A program made the position numbers and the translations under genes. The notes under the pieces were generated by a model, which saw only the letters and a list, made by a program, of their open reading frames with translations, was not told the DNA's origin and ran no database searches. 62,347 nucleotides of DNA from an uncultured Elusimicrobia bacterium (lineage in GTDB: Bacteria > RUG730), in NCBI GenBank assembly GCA_900321865.1, contig ONXP01000020.1:1-62347 (forward strand), in the 5' to 3' direction. This document shows positions 47,604-58,482 of the stretch, piece after piece. The stretch's first letter is position 1; each line of letters begins with the position of its first letter.

Positions 47604-49338
47604 AATTTTTTAGTTCATAATATTTTTTATAAACTTTTCTAGCAATTGGTGCAGCTATTTTTGCTCCGCCACCTTCATTTTCGATAAATATGCATACAAT
47701 TATTTCTGGATCAGAAAAAGGTGCAAAGCTAATAAACCATGCATGGTCAAGGCCGTGAGGGTTTTCGGCGGTTCCTGTTTTTCCACAGATATCCAGTCCT
47801 TTTATAAAGGCATTATAACCAGTTTTTTTATTTACAGTCTCTAACATAGCCTTTTTTATAAAATCTACAGCATATTTGGATAAGTTTGCAGAAGAATCTA
47901 GAATATTTTCTTTAGCAAAAGATATTTTAAAGCCGTCAAATTTTCCATAATTAATTAGTTTAGAAAGCATAGCTGCCATTTCTATTGGAGTTTGCAATAA
48001 AAAACCTTGTCCAATACTCATATTTATAGTATCTCCGTCATACCAAGGAAGGCCTAGTTTAGTTTTTTTCCATTCTGGAGTGGGAATAAAACCTTCTTTT
48101 TCGAATGGCAAATCTATCCCTGTTTTTTCGTCAAGACCAAAAAGTTTGGCATAATAAACTATTTTTTCTATGGGGATTTTTTTGGACAATTCATAAAAAT
48201 ATATGTCGCAAGAATTTCCTATTGCATCCATTAGATCTAATGTTCCATGCCCGCCATCTTTCCATTTCCAGCATTTTACAGTTCTATTGCCAACTTTATA
48301 TTCTCCTTTACATTTTACAGAAAAAGACGGAGAAATAATATTTTCTGCAAGGGCAACATATGTCATTATAATTTTAAAAGTAGAAGCTGGAGGATATTTT
48401 CCCTGGATTATTCTGTTTAGCATTGGGAAAGATGAATCGTTAATTGTAGAAAATTTTTCTTCGTTTATGTTGTATAAAAACTGTTCTGGATCATACCCTG
48501 GAGAGGAAACAAAAGTTAAAATTTCATTGGTTTTTGCATCAGAAACAAAAATACATCCTTTTTTATTTTTTATTAACTCCTCTGAAAATTTTTGGAGATC
48601 GTAGTCTATGGTTAATTTTATATTTTGGCCATCAATGGGAGGATATTCTTTTAAGAGCTTTTTTTTATTGCCTAGTGCATCTACTTCAAAAATATTATAG
48701 CCATTTTTTCCACATAAAATATTTTCATATTGATATTCTATTCCTGTTATCCCTATAATATCGCCTCTTTTGTAATTTTTATATTGTTTTAGCAATAAAT
48801 TTTGTTGAGGAATTTCGCTAAGATAGCCAAAAATATGAGAACTTCCACTGCCTAAGTTATAATTTCTAATATAATCAATATTAATATCGACTCCTTTCAT
48901 ATATATTTTATTTTCTAAAATGAGAGAAATTAATTCATGTGGGATATTTTTTGAAATAGTTATAATGTCGTCTTTATTTAGAAATAATTTTGCAAATTTA
49001 TTTTCGTCAATGGAAACAAAGGATTTTAATAAAGTTAAAGAATGAATATATTCCTCATAAGTCAAATGTTGTTTATTGATAATGATACTATAAAGAGGTT
49101 TGTTATCTACCATAATTTTACCATTTCTGTCATAAATTATTCCACGATTTGCCTTTATTATTTCTTTTGACGACATATTTTTATAAGAAATGTTTTGAAA
49201 AATATTTGACTTTAAGATTTGTAAAAAAAATAACTTTCCTAAAAGTGTTAAAAAAGATAAAATTATTAAAAAAAACACAATTTTTGATTTTTTACAAAAA
49301 GAAGAATATTCTTTTAATTTATATTGGTTTTGCCACAT
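47587..49338 (-). CDS. mrdA: Penicillin-binding protein 2 (elongation transpeptidase)
   Basis: It has an N-terminal TM anchor, SxxK (ASTFKI) and KTGTA motifs. It lies directly downstream of mreD. Its 3' end overlaps the dnaA 3' end by 17 nt in a convergent arrangement. Confidence 0.85.
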   Translation of the reverse strand: MWQNQYKLKEYSSFCKKSKIVFFLIILSFLTLLGKLFFLQILKSNIFQNISYKNMSSKEIIKANRGIIYDRNGKIMVDNKPLYSIIINKQHLTYEEYIHSLTLLKSFVSIDENKFAKLFLNKDDIITISKNIPHELISLILENKIYMKGVDINIDYIRNYNLGSGSSHIFGYLSEIPQQNLLLKQYKNYKRGDIIGITGIEYQYENILCGKNGYNIFEVDALGNKKKLLKEYPPIDGQNIKLTIDYDLQKFSEELIKNKKGCIFVSDAKTNEILTFVSSPGYDPEQFLYNINEEKFSTINDSSFPMLNRIIQGKYPPASTFKIIMTYVALAENIISPSFSVKCKGEYKVGNRTVKCWKWKDGGHGTLDLMDAIGNSCDIYFYELSKKIPIEKIVYYAKLFGLDEKTGIDLPFEKEGFIPTPEWKKTKLGLPWYDGDTINMSIGQGFLLQTPIEMAAMLSKLINYGKFDGFKISFAKENILDSSANLSKYAVDFIKKAMLETVNKKTGYNAFIKGLDICGKTGTAENPHGLDHAWFISFAPFSDPEIIVCIFIENEGGGAKIAAPIARKVYKKYYELKNSKNFL

Positions 49339-49343
49339 AAATT

Positions 49344-49835
49344 TTATCGTTTTTCGTATGAAAAAATTTTAAATAAAATTAGCGAAAATATAGCATTTAT
49401 AATGCTTTTATAAAGAAAGATAAAATTAAAATAAATTTCGTGTTTTGACAATTTTAATATTATAAATTTTAGAATATAAAAAAATACAGAAAATATAAAA
49501 ATTATCAAAAAGTCTTGTCTGGTAAAACAATTATCTTGTGAAAAAGAATTGATATAAGTTTTTTTGAAAAATTTGTGCATAATTAGGTAAATTGAAAAAA
49601 ATGCAAAAGAGTTTAGTCCTATCATTCCCATTTCAAATATATCTAAAAACATTCCATAAAAAAAAATAATTATAACTGTATGCCAGTAAAGATATTTCAT
49701 AATGAAGAAGAAAACAGTTATTAAATAAAAGTTAGGAAGATATTTAGGATTTATATTTAAAATTTTAAAGGCGAATGAATACAAAAAAAAATTTATAAAT
49801 AAAATTTTTAGATAAAAATAAAAAGTTTTTAGCAT
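49344..49835 (-). CDS. mreD: Rod shape-determining protein MreD
   Basis: The 163-aa polytopic protein has a central GMFLDIFEMGMIGLNSF segment and lies immediately upstream of mrdA. Confidence 0.6.
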   Translation of the reverse strand: MLKTFYFYLKILFINFFLYSFAFKILNINPKYLPNFYLITVFFFIMKYLYWHTVIIIFFYGMFLDIFEMGMIGLNSFAFFSIYLIMHKFFKKTYINSFSQDNCFTRQDFLIIFIFSVFFYILKFIILKLSKHEIYFNFIFLYKSIINAIFSLILFKIFSYEKR

Positions 49836-49857
49836 ATTTTAAAATTAAAATTTTAAA

Positions 49858-49931
49858 TGGAGATGAGGGGGCTCGAACCCCTGACCCCAAAGCTGCCAGC
49901 TTTATGCTCTCCCAAACTGAGCTACATCCCC
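49858..49931 (-). tRNA. tRNA-Ala (anticodon GGC)
   Basis: I folded the minus-strand cloverleaf by hand. Acceptor GGGGATG/CATCTCC with the G3:U70 alanine identity pair, anticodon stem TAAAG/CTTTG with loop CTGGCAG, T loop TTCGAGC. No CCA is encoded. Confidence 0.92.
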
Positions 49932-50008
49932 AAAACTAATCTATCTAGAAATATTATTAAATAAACTCTTCTTTTTCAATTTAAATTTAATTATAATGAA
50001 AATAAATT

Positions 50009-50326
50009 TTGGAGAAAAAAATGATAAAACATATAGTTATGTGGAAGCTTAGAAAAGAAAATTCTTTAGAAAATGCCACAAAAATCAAAAAAGATTTAGA
50101 GTCTTTAAAAAGCAAAATAAAATTTATTAGAGAAATAAAAGTTGAAATATCAGAGCATTCTGGTTCAGATGAAAACGGATTTGATGTGATTTTGTTTTCG
50201 TCTTTTGACAATTGTTCAGATTTAGAATCTTATCAAATAAATCCTGAGCATGTAAAGGTCAAAAATTTTATAAAAACTTGTGCAGTGAAAAGAGCTTTTA
50301 TAGATTACGAGGAAAAATCTTTATGA
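50009..50326 (+). CDS. Dabb (stress-responsive alpha/beta barrel) domain protein
   Basis: IKHIVMWKL...SFDNCSDLESYQINPEHVKV matches the Dabb fold pattern. The protein is 105 aa. Confidence 0.65.
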   Translation: MEKKMIKHIVMWKLRKENSLENATKIKKDLESLKSKIKFIREIKVEISEHSGSDENGFDVILFSSFDNCSDLESYQINPEHVKVKNFIKTCAVKRAFIDYEEKSL

Positions 50327-51828
50327 CTTTACAAGAATTACTAAAAAAGCATGGGATCTATTCTAGTATAGAAAAGGAAGTAAATGGAATAACCCTAGAT
50401 TCTAGAGAAGTAAAAGCTGGCTATATTTTTGTTGCTATAAAAGGTTTTCATTGTGATGGTTTGGATTTCGTTGACGATGCCATAAATAATGGGGCAATAT
50501 GTATAATTTCTGATAGAGATTTTAATTTAAAGCCAGAAACTTTTTGTGAAAAAGTGATAATAGATAATATTTATGATTTTTACTCAAGTCTTAGTTTAAC
50601 TTTTTATGATTATCCGTCGAAAAAATTAAATTTGATCGCTGTGACGGGAACCAATGGAAAAACTACTACTACATATATTTTAGATTCTATTTATAGGGAA
50701 AAGGGCGATAAAACAGGAATAATTGGGACGATAGAATATAAAATTGCAGATGAAGCTTTTGAATCAAAAAATACCACTCCAGAAATATTATCTTTGCAAA
50801 AAATTCTGCACTCTATGGTAGAAAAGGATGTAAAATCTTGTTTTATGGAAGTTTCTAGTCATGCTTTGGTTCTGGGTAGAACAAAGGGCTCTGAATATAA
50901 TGGAGCTATTTTTACTAATCTTACCGAGGATCATTTAGATTTTCATATCACAATGGAAAATTATTTTTTGGCAAAAAAAAAGCTGTTTGAGACTTTACAA
51001 AATGGAAAAATAGCTGCAATCAATATGGATGATAAATATTCTTATAGATTTTTAGAAAGTATTTCAAAAGATGTAAACATTGTAAAATATTCAATAAAAA
51101 ATAAAAATATCGCAGATGTTTATGCCAAAAATATAAAATTTGACAAAAAATCATTGTTAAACATTTTTGAAATAGTTTTTAACGAAAAGGAAAAGATTTT
51201 AATTAAAAGTAAACTTTTAGGTAGGCACAATATTTATAATATTTTAGGTGCAGCATCTATGGCATATTCTCAGAATATTCCAGTTAATTTGATTAAAAAT
51301 GGCATAGAAAAAATAGATGGGATAAGAGGCAGGTTTGAGTTTATTAGGGCTGGGCAAAATTTTGCTGTTCTTGTGGATTATGCCCATACTGATGACGCAC
51401 TAAATAGAATTCTAAAAACCTTAAAATCTTTTAATATGAATAGAATAATTACAGTTTTTGGTTGTGGAGGAAATAGAGATAGAAAAAAAAGACCTTTAAT
51501 GGCTGAAGTTGCTAGTAAATATAGCGATTATATTTTTATCACCAATGACAACCCCAGAGAAGAAGATCCTAAATCTATCGCTCTAGATATAGAGGTTGGT
51601 TTAAAAAGGATGGAATACGAAAGTTATACTATTCAATTAGATAGAAGAGAGGCTATAAATGAGGCTTTATCTATGGCAAGAGAAAATGATATAGTTTTGA
51701 TAGCTGGAAAAGGACACGAAACATACCAGATAATTGGCAATAAAAAATATCATTTTTCTGACCAGGAAGAAGCACTTTTTATATTAAAAAATTTGGGAAA
51801 TTCCAGACAAGAAAAGGAGCTTTTTTAG
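50323..51828 (+). CDS. murE: UDP-N-acetylmuramoyl-L-alanyl-D-glutamate--2,6-diaminopimelate ligase
   Basis: The P-loop is VTGTNGKTTT. The DNPR motif (NDNPREEDP) indicates the meso-DAP-adding type. I place the start at ATG 50323, which overlaps the Dabb stop (ATGA). The track ORF begins upstream at a non-ATG codon. Confidence 0.88.
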   Translation: MTLQELLKKHGIYSSIEKEVNGITLDSREVKAGYIFVAIKGFHCDGLDFVDDAINNGAICIISDRDFNLKPETFCEKVIIDNIYDFYSSLSLTFYDYPSKKLNLIAVTGTNGKTTTTYILDSIYREKGDKTGIIGTIEYKIADEAFESKNTTPEILSLQKILHSMVEKDVKSCFMEVSSHALVLGRTKGSEYNGAIFTNLTEDHLDFHITMENYFLAKKKLFETLQNGKIAAINMDDKYSYRFLESISKDVNIVKYSIKNKNIADVYAKNIKFDKKSLLNIFEIVFNEKEKILIKSKLLGRHNIYNILGAASMAYSQNIPVNLIKNGIEKIDGIRGRFEFIRAGQNFAVLVDYAHTDDALNRILKTLKSFNMNRIITVFGCGGNRDRKKRPLMAEVASKYSDYIFITNDNPREEDPKSIALDIEVGLKRMEYESYTIQLDRREAINEALSMARENDIVLIAGKGHETYQIIGNKKYHFSDQEEALFILKNLGNSRQEKELF

Positions 51829-51829
51829 T

Positions 51830-52660
51830 TTGCTTAAAAATTTTAATTTAGGAATTTTTTATAATAAAACTAAAAGAAATGTTTTTGTAGTTTTAGATAA
51901 AATTAAACTTTTTGCAAATGAGAAAAATTTAAATATTTTTTTATATGATGACTGGAATGAATTAAAAACCATAGAAAATATTGATTTAGCATTGACATTG
52001 GGCGGAGATGGGACTTTAATAAGCGTTGCTAGATTTTTGCTTAAAAAAGAAATGATTGTTCCGATTTTTGGGATAAATTTAGGGCATTTGGGGTTTTTGA
52101 CAGAATTTGATAAAGATGATTTTTTAAACTTTTTAGAAAAAATTATATTTTTAGAGGAATATAATTGTCATAAAAGAGAAGTTTTAAACATAAAAATAAT
52201 TGGAGACAGAGAAGAAAACTTAGTTGGCATAAATGATATTTTTATAAAGACAATAGAGCAGTCTAGAATAATAGAACTTGATCTTTTTATAAATAAAAAA
52301 TTTGCGATAAATTATGTAGGTGATGGGTTGATAGTATCCAGTCCACTTGGATCCAGTGCATATTCCTTGGCGGCAGGTGGGCCTATTGTGGATCCAGATA
52401 TGTCTGCATTTATAATTACAGCGATTTGTCCACATAAATTAAATATTAGACCTTTAGTTATTTCGTCTAATAATGAAATATCTATAAATTTGTCTAAAAA
52501 AGATAATTTGCTTTTGTCAATTGATGGACAAATTTTTAGGAAATTAGACAAAGATTCAAAAATTATTATAACGAAATATATTGATTATTTGCATATTATA
52601 AAAAATGAAAAAAAAACCTATTTTGACATTTTAAAAGAAAAATTTAGCCTTGGGAAGTAA
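51830..52660 (+). CDS. nadK: NAD+ kinase
   Basis: The GGDGT motif (TLGGDGTLI), GDGLIVSSPLGSSAYSLAAGGPI and a TTG start are present. Confidence 0.88.
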   Translation: MLKNFNLGIFYNKTKRNVFVVLDKIKLFANEKNLNIFLYDDWNELKTIENIDLALTLGGDGTLISVARFLLKKEMIVPIFGINLGHLGFLTEFDKDDFLNFLEKIIFLEEYNCHKREVLNIKIIGDREENLVGINDIFIKTIEQSRIIELDLFINKKFAINYVGDGLIVSSPLGSSAYSLAAGGPIVDPDMSAFIITAICPHKLNIRPLVISSNNEISINLSKKDNLLLSIDGQIFRKLDKDSKIIITKYIDYLHIIKNEKKTYFDILKEKFSLGK

Positions 52661-52663
52661 AAA

Positions 52664-53401
52664 TTGAACGGCTTTAATGAAAATTTTTTTATAACCATAA
52701 AGTATGCCCAGAGCCTGGATGGGAAAATAGCGACCATATCTGGCGATTCTAAATGGATTTCTAATAGTAAAGCCTTATATTTTGCACATAAACTGAGGGC
52801 TAGGCACGATGCGATTTTAGTTGGAATAAATACGATTATTAAAGATAATCCAGAGCTAAATGTTAGATTAAAGGAAATAGACCAAAAAGTGCAACCTGCT
52901 AGAATTATCTTGGATAAGAATTTAAAGATTTTTAGTTTGGATTTTAAAAAATTAAAACTTTTGAAAACTTATAAAAATATAAATACTTTTATTTTTTACG
53001 ATAAAAATTTGATTGAACCTCTTAGCATAATAGAAAAATTAAATTTAACTAAAAATATCGAATATTTTAAAAAATTTAATGTAAAATTTTTTGGGATAAA
53101 TGCTATTTGTAATTATTTAGATATAAAAGAATTATTAAATATTTTATATAATGATTTAAAAATAAAAAGTTTGCTGGTAGAAGGTGGCGGAAAAGTTATA
53201 ACAGAATTTTTTAAAAATAATTTTTTCGATAAAATGTTTATAATTGTTGCTCCTATTTTTATAGGAGATGATGGAATATCTGCGATAAAAGAATTAGGTT
53301 TTTTGACAATGGAAAAAGTGAAATCTATGCAAAAAATCAAATTAGTCCAAACCTTGCAATTAGATGAACAAATTGTTTATGAATTTATTAATAAAATATA
53401 A
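52664..53401 (+). CDS. RibD C-terminal-type reductase domain protein (pyrimidine reductase only, no deaminase domain)
   Basis: ITIKYAQSLDGKIATISGDSKWISN, HKLRARHDAILVGINTIIKDNPELNVR and LLVEGGGKV are present. The start is TTG. Confidence 0.7.
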   Translation: MNGFNENFFITIKYAQSLDGKIATISGDSKWISNSKALYFAHKLRARHDAILVGINTIIKDNPELNVRLKEIDQKVQPARIILDKNLKIFSLDFKKLKLLKTYKNINTFIFYDKNLIEPLSIIEKLNLTKNIEYFKKFNVKFFGINAICNYLDIKELLNILYNDLKIKSLLVEGGGKVITEFFKNNFFDKMFIIVAPIFIGDDGISAIKELGFLTMEKVKSMQKIKLVQTLQLDEQIVYEFINKI

Positions 53402-53465
53402 ATAATTAAGATTTTAAATATAAAAATATATTATTTTTTTTAAAAGTTATTGGAGTTTTATAAAG

Positions 53466-55136
53466 ATGTTAGGTGCTAATATTATTTTAGAATCTTTAAA
53501 AAAAGAAAAAGTAGAATACATTTTTGGCTATCCTGGTGGGCAGGTTATTCCTATTTTTGATGCTTTATACGACTATGACAATTTCAAATTTATTTTGCCT
53601 CGCCATGAGCAAGGCGGTATTCATATGGCAGATGGTTATGCTAGAGTTTCTGGTAAGGTGGGAGTTGTTTTGGTGACATCGGGGCCAGGTGCAACGAATA
53701 TTATTACAGGAATAGCTACAGCATATATGGATTCTATTCCGCTGGTATGTATAACAGGGCAGGTTTCCACTGCATTGATAGGAAATGATGCTTTCCAAGA
53801 ATCAGATATCACAGGAATTACAAGGCCTATTACCAAACATAATTTTTTGGTAAAAGATGTAAAGGATTTAGCTTTGACAATAAAAAAGGCTTTTTATATA
53901 GCTAGGACGGGTAGACCTGGTCCAGTATTAATAGATATTCCTATAGATGTTCAAAAAAGTTCTTGCAATTTTGTTTATCCAGAGGAGATAGATATTGCTA
54001 GTTATAGACCTAATTATGATGGCAATCTAAAGCAAATAAAAAAAGCAGCTGATTTGATAAATAAATCTAAAAAACCGATATTTTATGCTGGTGGTGGAGT
54101 AATTTCATCTGGTGCTACTCAAATTTTACTGAAAATTTTAGAAAAGGCTTCTATTCCAGTGGCTACGACTTTAATGGGGCTGGGAGCAATAGAAAAAAAT
54201 CATAAGTTAAACCTAGGTATGATTGGGATGCATGGAATGTGTTTTGCAAATTTTGCTATGCAGGAGGCTGATTTAGTAATAGCGATAGGAACCCGTTTTG
54301 ATGACAGAGTGACTGGGAAGGTTAGCACTTTTGCCAAAGGCTCGAAAAATATTATTCATATCGATATTGATCCTAGCACGATTTCTAAAATAATAGATGC
54401 TTCTGTTCCTGTGGTTGGCGATGTAAAAATTGTCTTAGAAGAATTAATAAATTATATAGAAGAAAATGATCATTCGGATTGGCTAGAAAAAATAAATATT
54501 TGGAAAGAAAAATTTCCGCTAATTTACAAAAAAGACGATATTCTTCGTCCTGAGTATATAATAGAAGAAATTGCAAAAATTTCAAAAGGTGAAGATATAA
54601 TAGCGACAGATGTCGGTCAACATCAAATGTGGGCTGCACAATATAGTTATTTTAAATATCCTAGAAGCTTTATAACGAGCGGTGGACTGGGGACGATGGG
54701 ATTTGGCTTTCCTGCAAGCATTGGAGCATATCTGGGGAGTAAAAAACCAGTTTGGTGCATTACGGGCGATGGCAGTTTTCAGATGAATTTGCAGGAATTG
54801 TCTACAGCATTTATTCATAATATTCCGGTCAAAATTATTATTATAGACAATGGATTTTTGGGGATGGTTCGTCAATGGCAAGAAATTTTGTACAAAAAAA
54901 GATATAGCGAAACGAAATTAATTGGTAATCCTGACTTTGTAAAACTTGCAGAAAGTTATAACATAAAAGCTATGAGAATCGATAAAAAGTCTGATGTTTC
55001 ATCTGCAATAAAAGAAGCTAACGAATATTCTGGTCCAATTTTAATAGATTTTATAGTTGAGCCAGAAGAAAATGTTTTTCCTTTTGTGCCTGCTGGGAAT
55101 TCTATAGATGATATTATGAGAGGGGTAGAAAAATGA
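53466..55136 (+). CDS. ilvB: Acetolactate synthase large (catalytic) subunit
   Basis: GYPGGQVIPIFDAL, LVTSGPGATN and the TPP-binding motif GDGSFQMNLQEL...NGFLGMVRQWQ are present. Confidence 0.92.
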   Translation: MLGANIILESLKKEKVEYIFGYPGGQVIPIFDALYDYDNFKFILPRHEQGGIHMADGYARVSGKVGVVLVTSGPGATNIITGIATAYMDSIPLVCITGQVSTALIGNDAFQESDITGITRPITKHNFLVKDVKDLALTIKKAFYIARTGRPGPVLIDIPIDVQKSSCNFVYPEEIDIASYRPNYDGNLKQIKKAADLINKSKKPIFYAGGGVISSGATQILLKILEKASIPVATTLMGLGAIEKNHKLNLGMIGMHGMCFANFAMQEADLVIAIGTRFDDRVTGKVSTFAKGSKNIIHIDIDPSTISKIIDASVPVVGDVKIVLEELINYIEENDHSDWLEKINIWKEKFPLIYKKDDILRPEYIIEEIAKISKGEDIIATDVGQHQMWAAQYSYFKYPRSFITSGGLGTMGFGFPASIGAYLGSKKPVWCITGDGSFQMNLQELSTAFIHNIPVKIIIIDNGFLGMVRQWQEILYKKRYSETKLIGNPDFVKLAESYNIKAMRIDKKSDVSSAIKEANEYSGPILIDFIVEPEENVFPFVPAGNSIDDIMRGVEK

Positions 55137-55603
55137 AGCATACAATATCAGTATTAGCCAAAAATCAATTTGGAGTTTTAGCTAGGATTTCTGGACTTTT
55201 TAGTGCTAGAGGCTTTAATATCGAAAGTTTAGTTGTGGGGGAGACGGAAAAACCTGAAATTTCTAGATTGACCATAGAAGTTTTGGGTGATGGCAAAATT
55301 TTAGAGCAAGTTATGAAACAGCTTAATAAATTAATTGATGTTATAAAAGTTTTTGACTTGTCTAATAATTCAATAAAAAGGGAGCTTTTTTTGATAAAGC
55401 TAAATTTTGTCAAAGAAAATCGCAGTGAGATAATAGAGCTGGTTAATATTTTTAAGGCAAAAATTTTAGATGTTTCAAAGGATTCTGTGATAATAGAAAT
55501 TGTTGACGAGCAGAAAAAAATAGATTCTTTTATTGATTTAATAAAACCTTTTGGGATAAAAGAAATAGCGAGAACTGGAAAACTTGCTATTGGAATTGGA
55601 TAA
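55133..55603 (+). CDS. ilvN: Acetolactate synthase small (regulatory) subunit
   Basis: The ACT domain begins HTISVLAKNQFGVLARISGLFSARGFNIESL. The gene has a 4-nt overlap with ilvB. Confidence 0.9.
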   Translation: MKHTISVLAKNQFGVLARISGLFSARGFNIESLVVGETEKPEISRLTIEVLGDGKILEQVMKQLNKLIDVIKVFDLSNNSIKRELFLIKLNFVKENRSEIIELVNIFKAKILDVSKDSVIIEIVDEQKKIDSFIDLIKPFGIKEIARTGKLAIGIG

Positions 55604-55691
55604 GATCATAATAAAAATATAAGGTATTGAAAAAAAATTTTTTTAGATATAGAATAAAACAATTTTATAAATTTTTATATAGGAGTGTAAA

Positions 55692-56693
<1,002 letters not shown>

Positions 56694-56716
56694 ATTTTTA
56701 GTTTTATCACTTTTTT

Positions 56717-56749
56717 AGCAGGTATATTTTTATACCTGCTATTTTTTTT
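56717..56749 (+). terminator. Rho-independent terminator after ilvC
   Basis: The stem AGCAGGTATA (56717-56726) pairs with TATACCTGCT (56731-56740) across a 4-nt loop. A-T8 follows. Confidence 0.85.
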
Positions 56750-56801
56750 AATCAAACAAAATATTTAAAAATTTTATTATTTTTTTGTTTCTAATTTTTA
56801 A

Positions 56802-56829
56802 ATTTTAGATTTTAGATTTTAGATTTTAG
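56802..56829. repeat. Heptanucleotide tandem repeat (ATTTTAG)x4
   Basis: Read directly: four perfect head-to-tail copies at 56802-56808, 56809-56815, 56816-56822 and 56823-56829. This is ~54 bp upstream of the ATG at 56883. Confidence 0.95.
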
Positions 56830-56882
56830 GCTTTAAACTTTAATTTTTCTAAAAATTATTAAAAGTATGATATTTTTATTTT

Positions 56883-58412
56883 ATGAAAATATTAGATTTA
56901 TGTTTTATTAAATTTAGAGATTTTTTTTGGAAAAATATTTTTGTATTTGAAAAATTTATTTATATTTTTTTGATATTTCTTTTAATATTTCCTGTAGTAA
57001 TTTTATGTTTTTTTTGTCATCCAGCCTGTGATGATTTTGGCTATGCTAAAAGTTTTTTAGAATTTGGGGCAGTTAATTCATTTTTTTATACATATTTTAC
57101 TTGGACTGGTCGGTTTACAGTAAATTTTTTGAATCAGTCTTTTTTTAATCCGTTAGCTTATAAAAATTTTGTATTTTTTTACAAGTGTTTTACTTTTTTA
57201 AATTTGTTATTTTTTTTATTTAGTTTGTTTATCTTTTTGACAAAAATTAATAAAAAATTTTTTTCTTTAGATAAAAAAAAGCTATTTTTATTAGGATTTA
57301 GCTTTTTAATTTCATTTTTTTCTGGGATGCCGTCATTAGTAGAGGGGTTTTATTGGTATTCTAGCTATATTCAATATATTTTCCCTATGTCGATTTTTTT
57401 TATTTTAGGTTATTTTTGGCTAAATTATATAGAACCTAAAAAGTTTGAAAACATTAAAAATTTTTTTATGAAAATTAAGCATTTTGTTATTTTTGTTATT
57501 ATTTTACTGTTTAATTTTTTACTATCTGGATTTTATGAACCGTTTAGCATTATGCTTATCTTTATAAATCTGATTTATTTTATTTTTGCTTATAAAAATA
57601 AAAAAGTTTATAAAAATAAAATTTATAGTTTTTTAGTAGCATCAATTTTGGGCTTTTTAGTAATGTATTTTGCTCCAGGAAATAAAGCCAGGCTAGATTG
57701 TTTTGATAATAGATCTCATATTTTTATAATGATTTTTAATAGTTTTCGAGATGTCTTTAGCATTTTTAGGTGGTTTTTTAGCATAAATATTTTACTTTTT
57801 TTTATACTTTATTTATTTTTTGATATAAAAATAAAAATTTCTAACCTTTCTCTAAAGAGAGCGATTTATTTTGTCACAAGTTTAATATTATTATTTTATT
57901 TTTTAATGCTTTATGCGACTGGAGGAGTACCACCCTTTAGGTTAGAAAATATCATTTATTTTTTCTTTTTAATTTTAAATTTTTTGATAGTAAATTTAAT
58001 TTGTAATAATTTTTTTAATGATGAATTTTTTAAGACAAAAGTTTTTATAAACCTTAAAAAATATAAATTTTTATTTTTATTTTTTATTTTTTTTCATATT
58101 CTATTAGTGAATGGAAATATAAAAGATGCATATTTGGATTTTTTTTCTGGGAAAATTTTTGTTTATGACAGAGAACTAAAAAATATTTATGGAAAATTGC
58201 AAAGTTCTGAAATATCAAAAATATCAAAATTGGTAATCAACGATTTAACTTTTTATCCAAAATCTATTTCGCTTCCATTTAAAGATTTAAAAAATGAAAT
58301 AAAAGAGTTTTTTGACAAAGAAATTATTTTAGAAAAAATTAATATGAATAGAATAAATGAGCATAATTTAGACCAAAATATTAGAAAAGTTATAAAAAAT
58401 TATTTAAAATAA
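56883..58412 (+). CDS. Polytopic membrane protein, GT-C-like (putative glycan-modifying glycosyltransferase)
   Basis: The 509-aa protein has about 12 TM segments. An acidic DD motif lies in the first extracytoplasmic loop (CHPACDDFGYAKS), followed by WTGRF. The soluble C-terminal tail is ~100 aa. The function is inferred from architecture only. Confidence 0.35.
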   Translation: MKILDLCFIKFRDFFWKNIFVFEKFIYIFLIFLLIFPVVILCFFCHPACDDFGYAKSFLEFGAVNSFFYTYFTWTGRFTVNFLNQSFFNPLAYKNFVFFYKCFTFLNLLFFLFSLFIFLTKINKKFFSLDKKKLFLLGFSFLISFFSGMPSLVEGFYWYSSYIQYIFPMSIFFILGYFWLNYIEPKKFENIKNFFMKIKHFVIFVIILLFNFLLSGFYEPFSIMLIFINLIYFIFAYKNKKVYKNKIYSFLVASILGFLVMYFAPGNKARLDCFDNRSHIFIMIFNSFRDVFSIFRWFFSINILLFFILYLFFDIKIKISNLSLKRAIYFVTSLILLFYFLMLYATGGVPPFRLENIIYFFFLILNFLIVNLICNNFFNDEFFKTKVFINLKKYKFLFLFFIFFHILLVNGNIKDAYLDFFSGKIFVYDRELKNIYGKLQSSEISKISKLVINDLTFYPKSISLPFKDLKNEIKEFFDKEIILEKINMNRINEHNLDQNIRKVIKNYLK

Positions 58413-58482
58413 AGCTATTTTTTGATATTTTTCATAAATTTTATATTTTCATAATAAAATATTTTATTTTTAAGAGGGTTTT

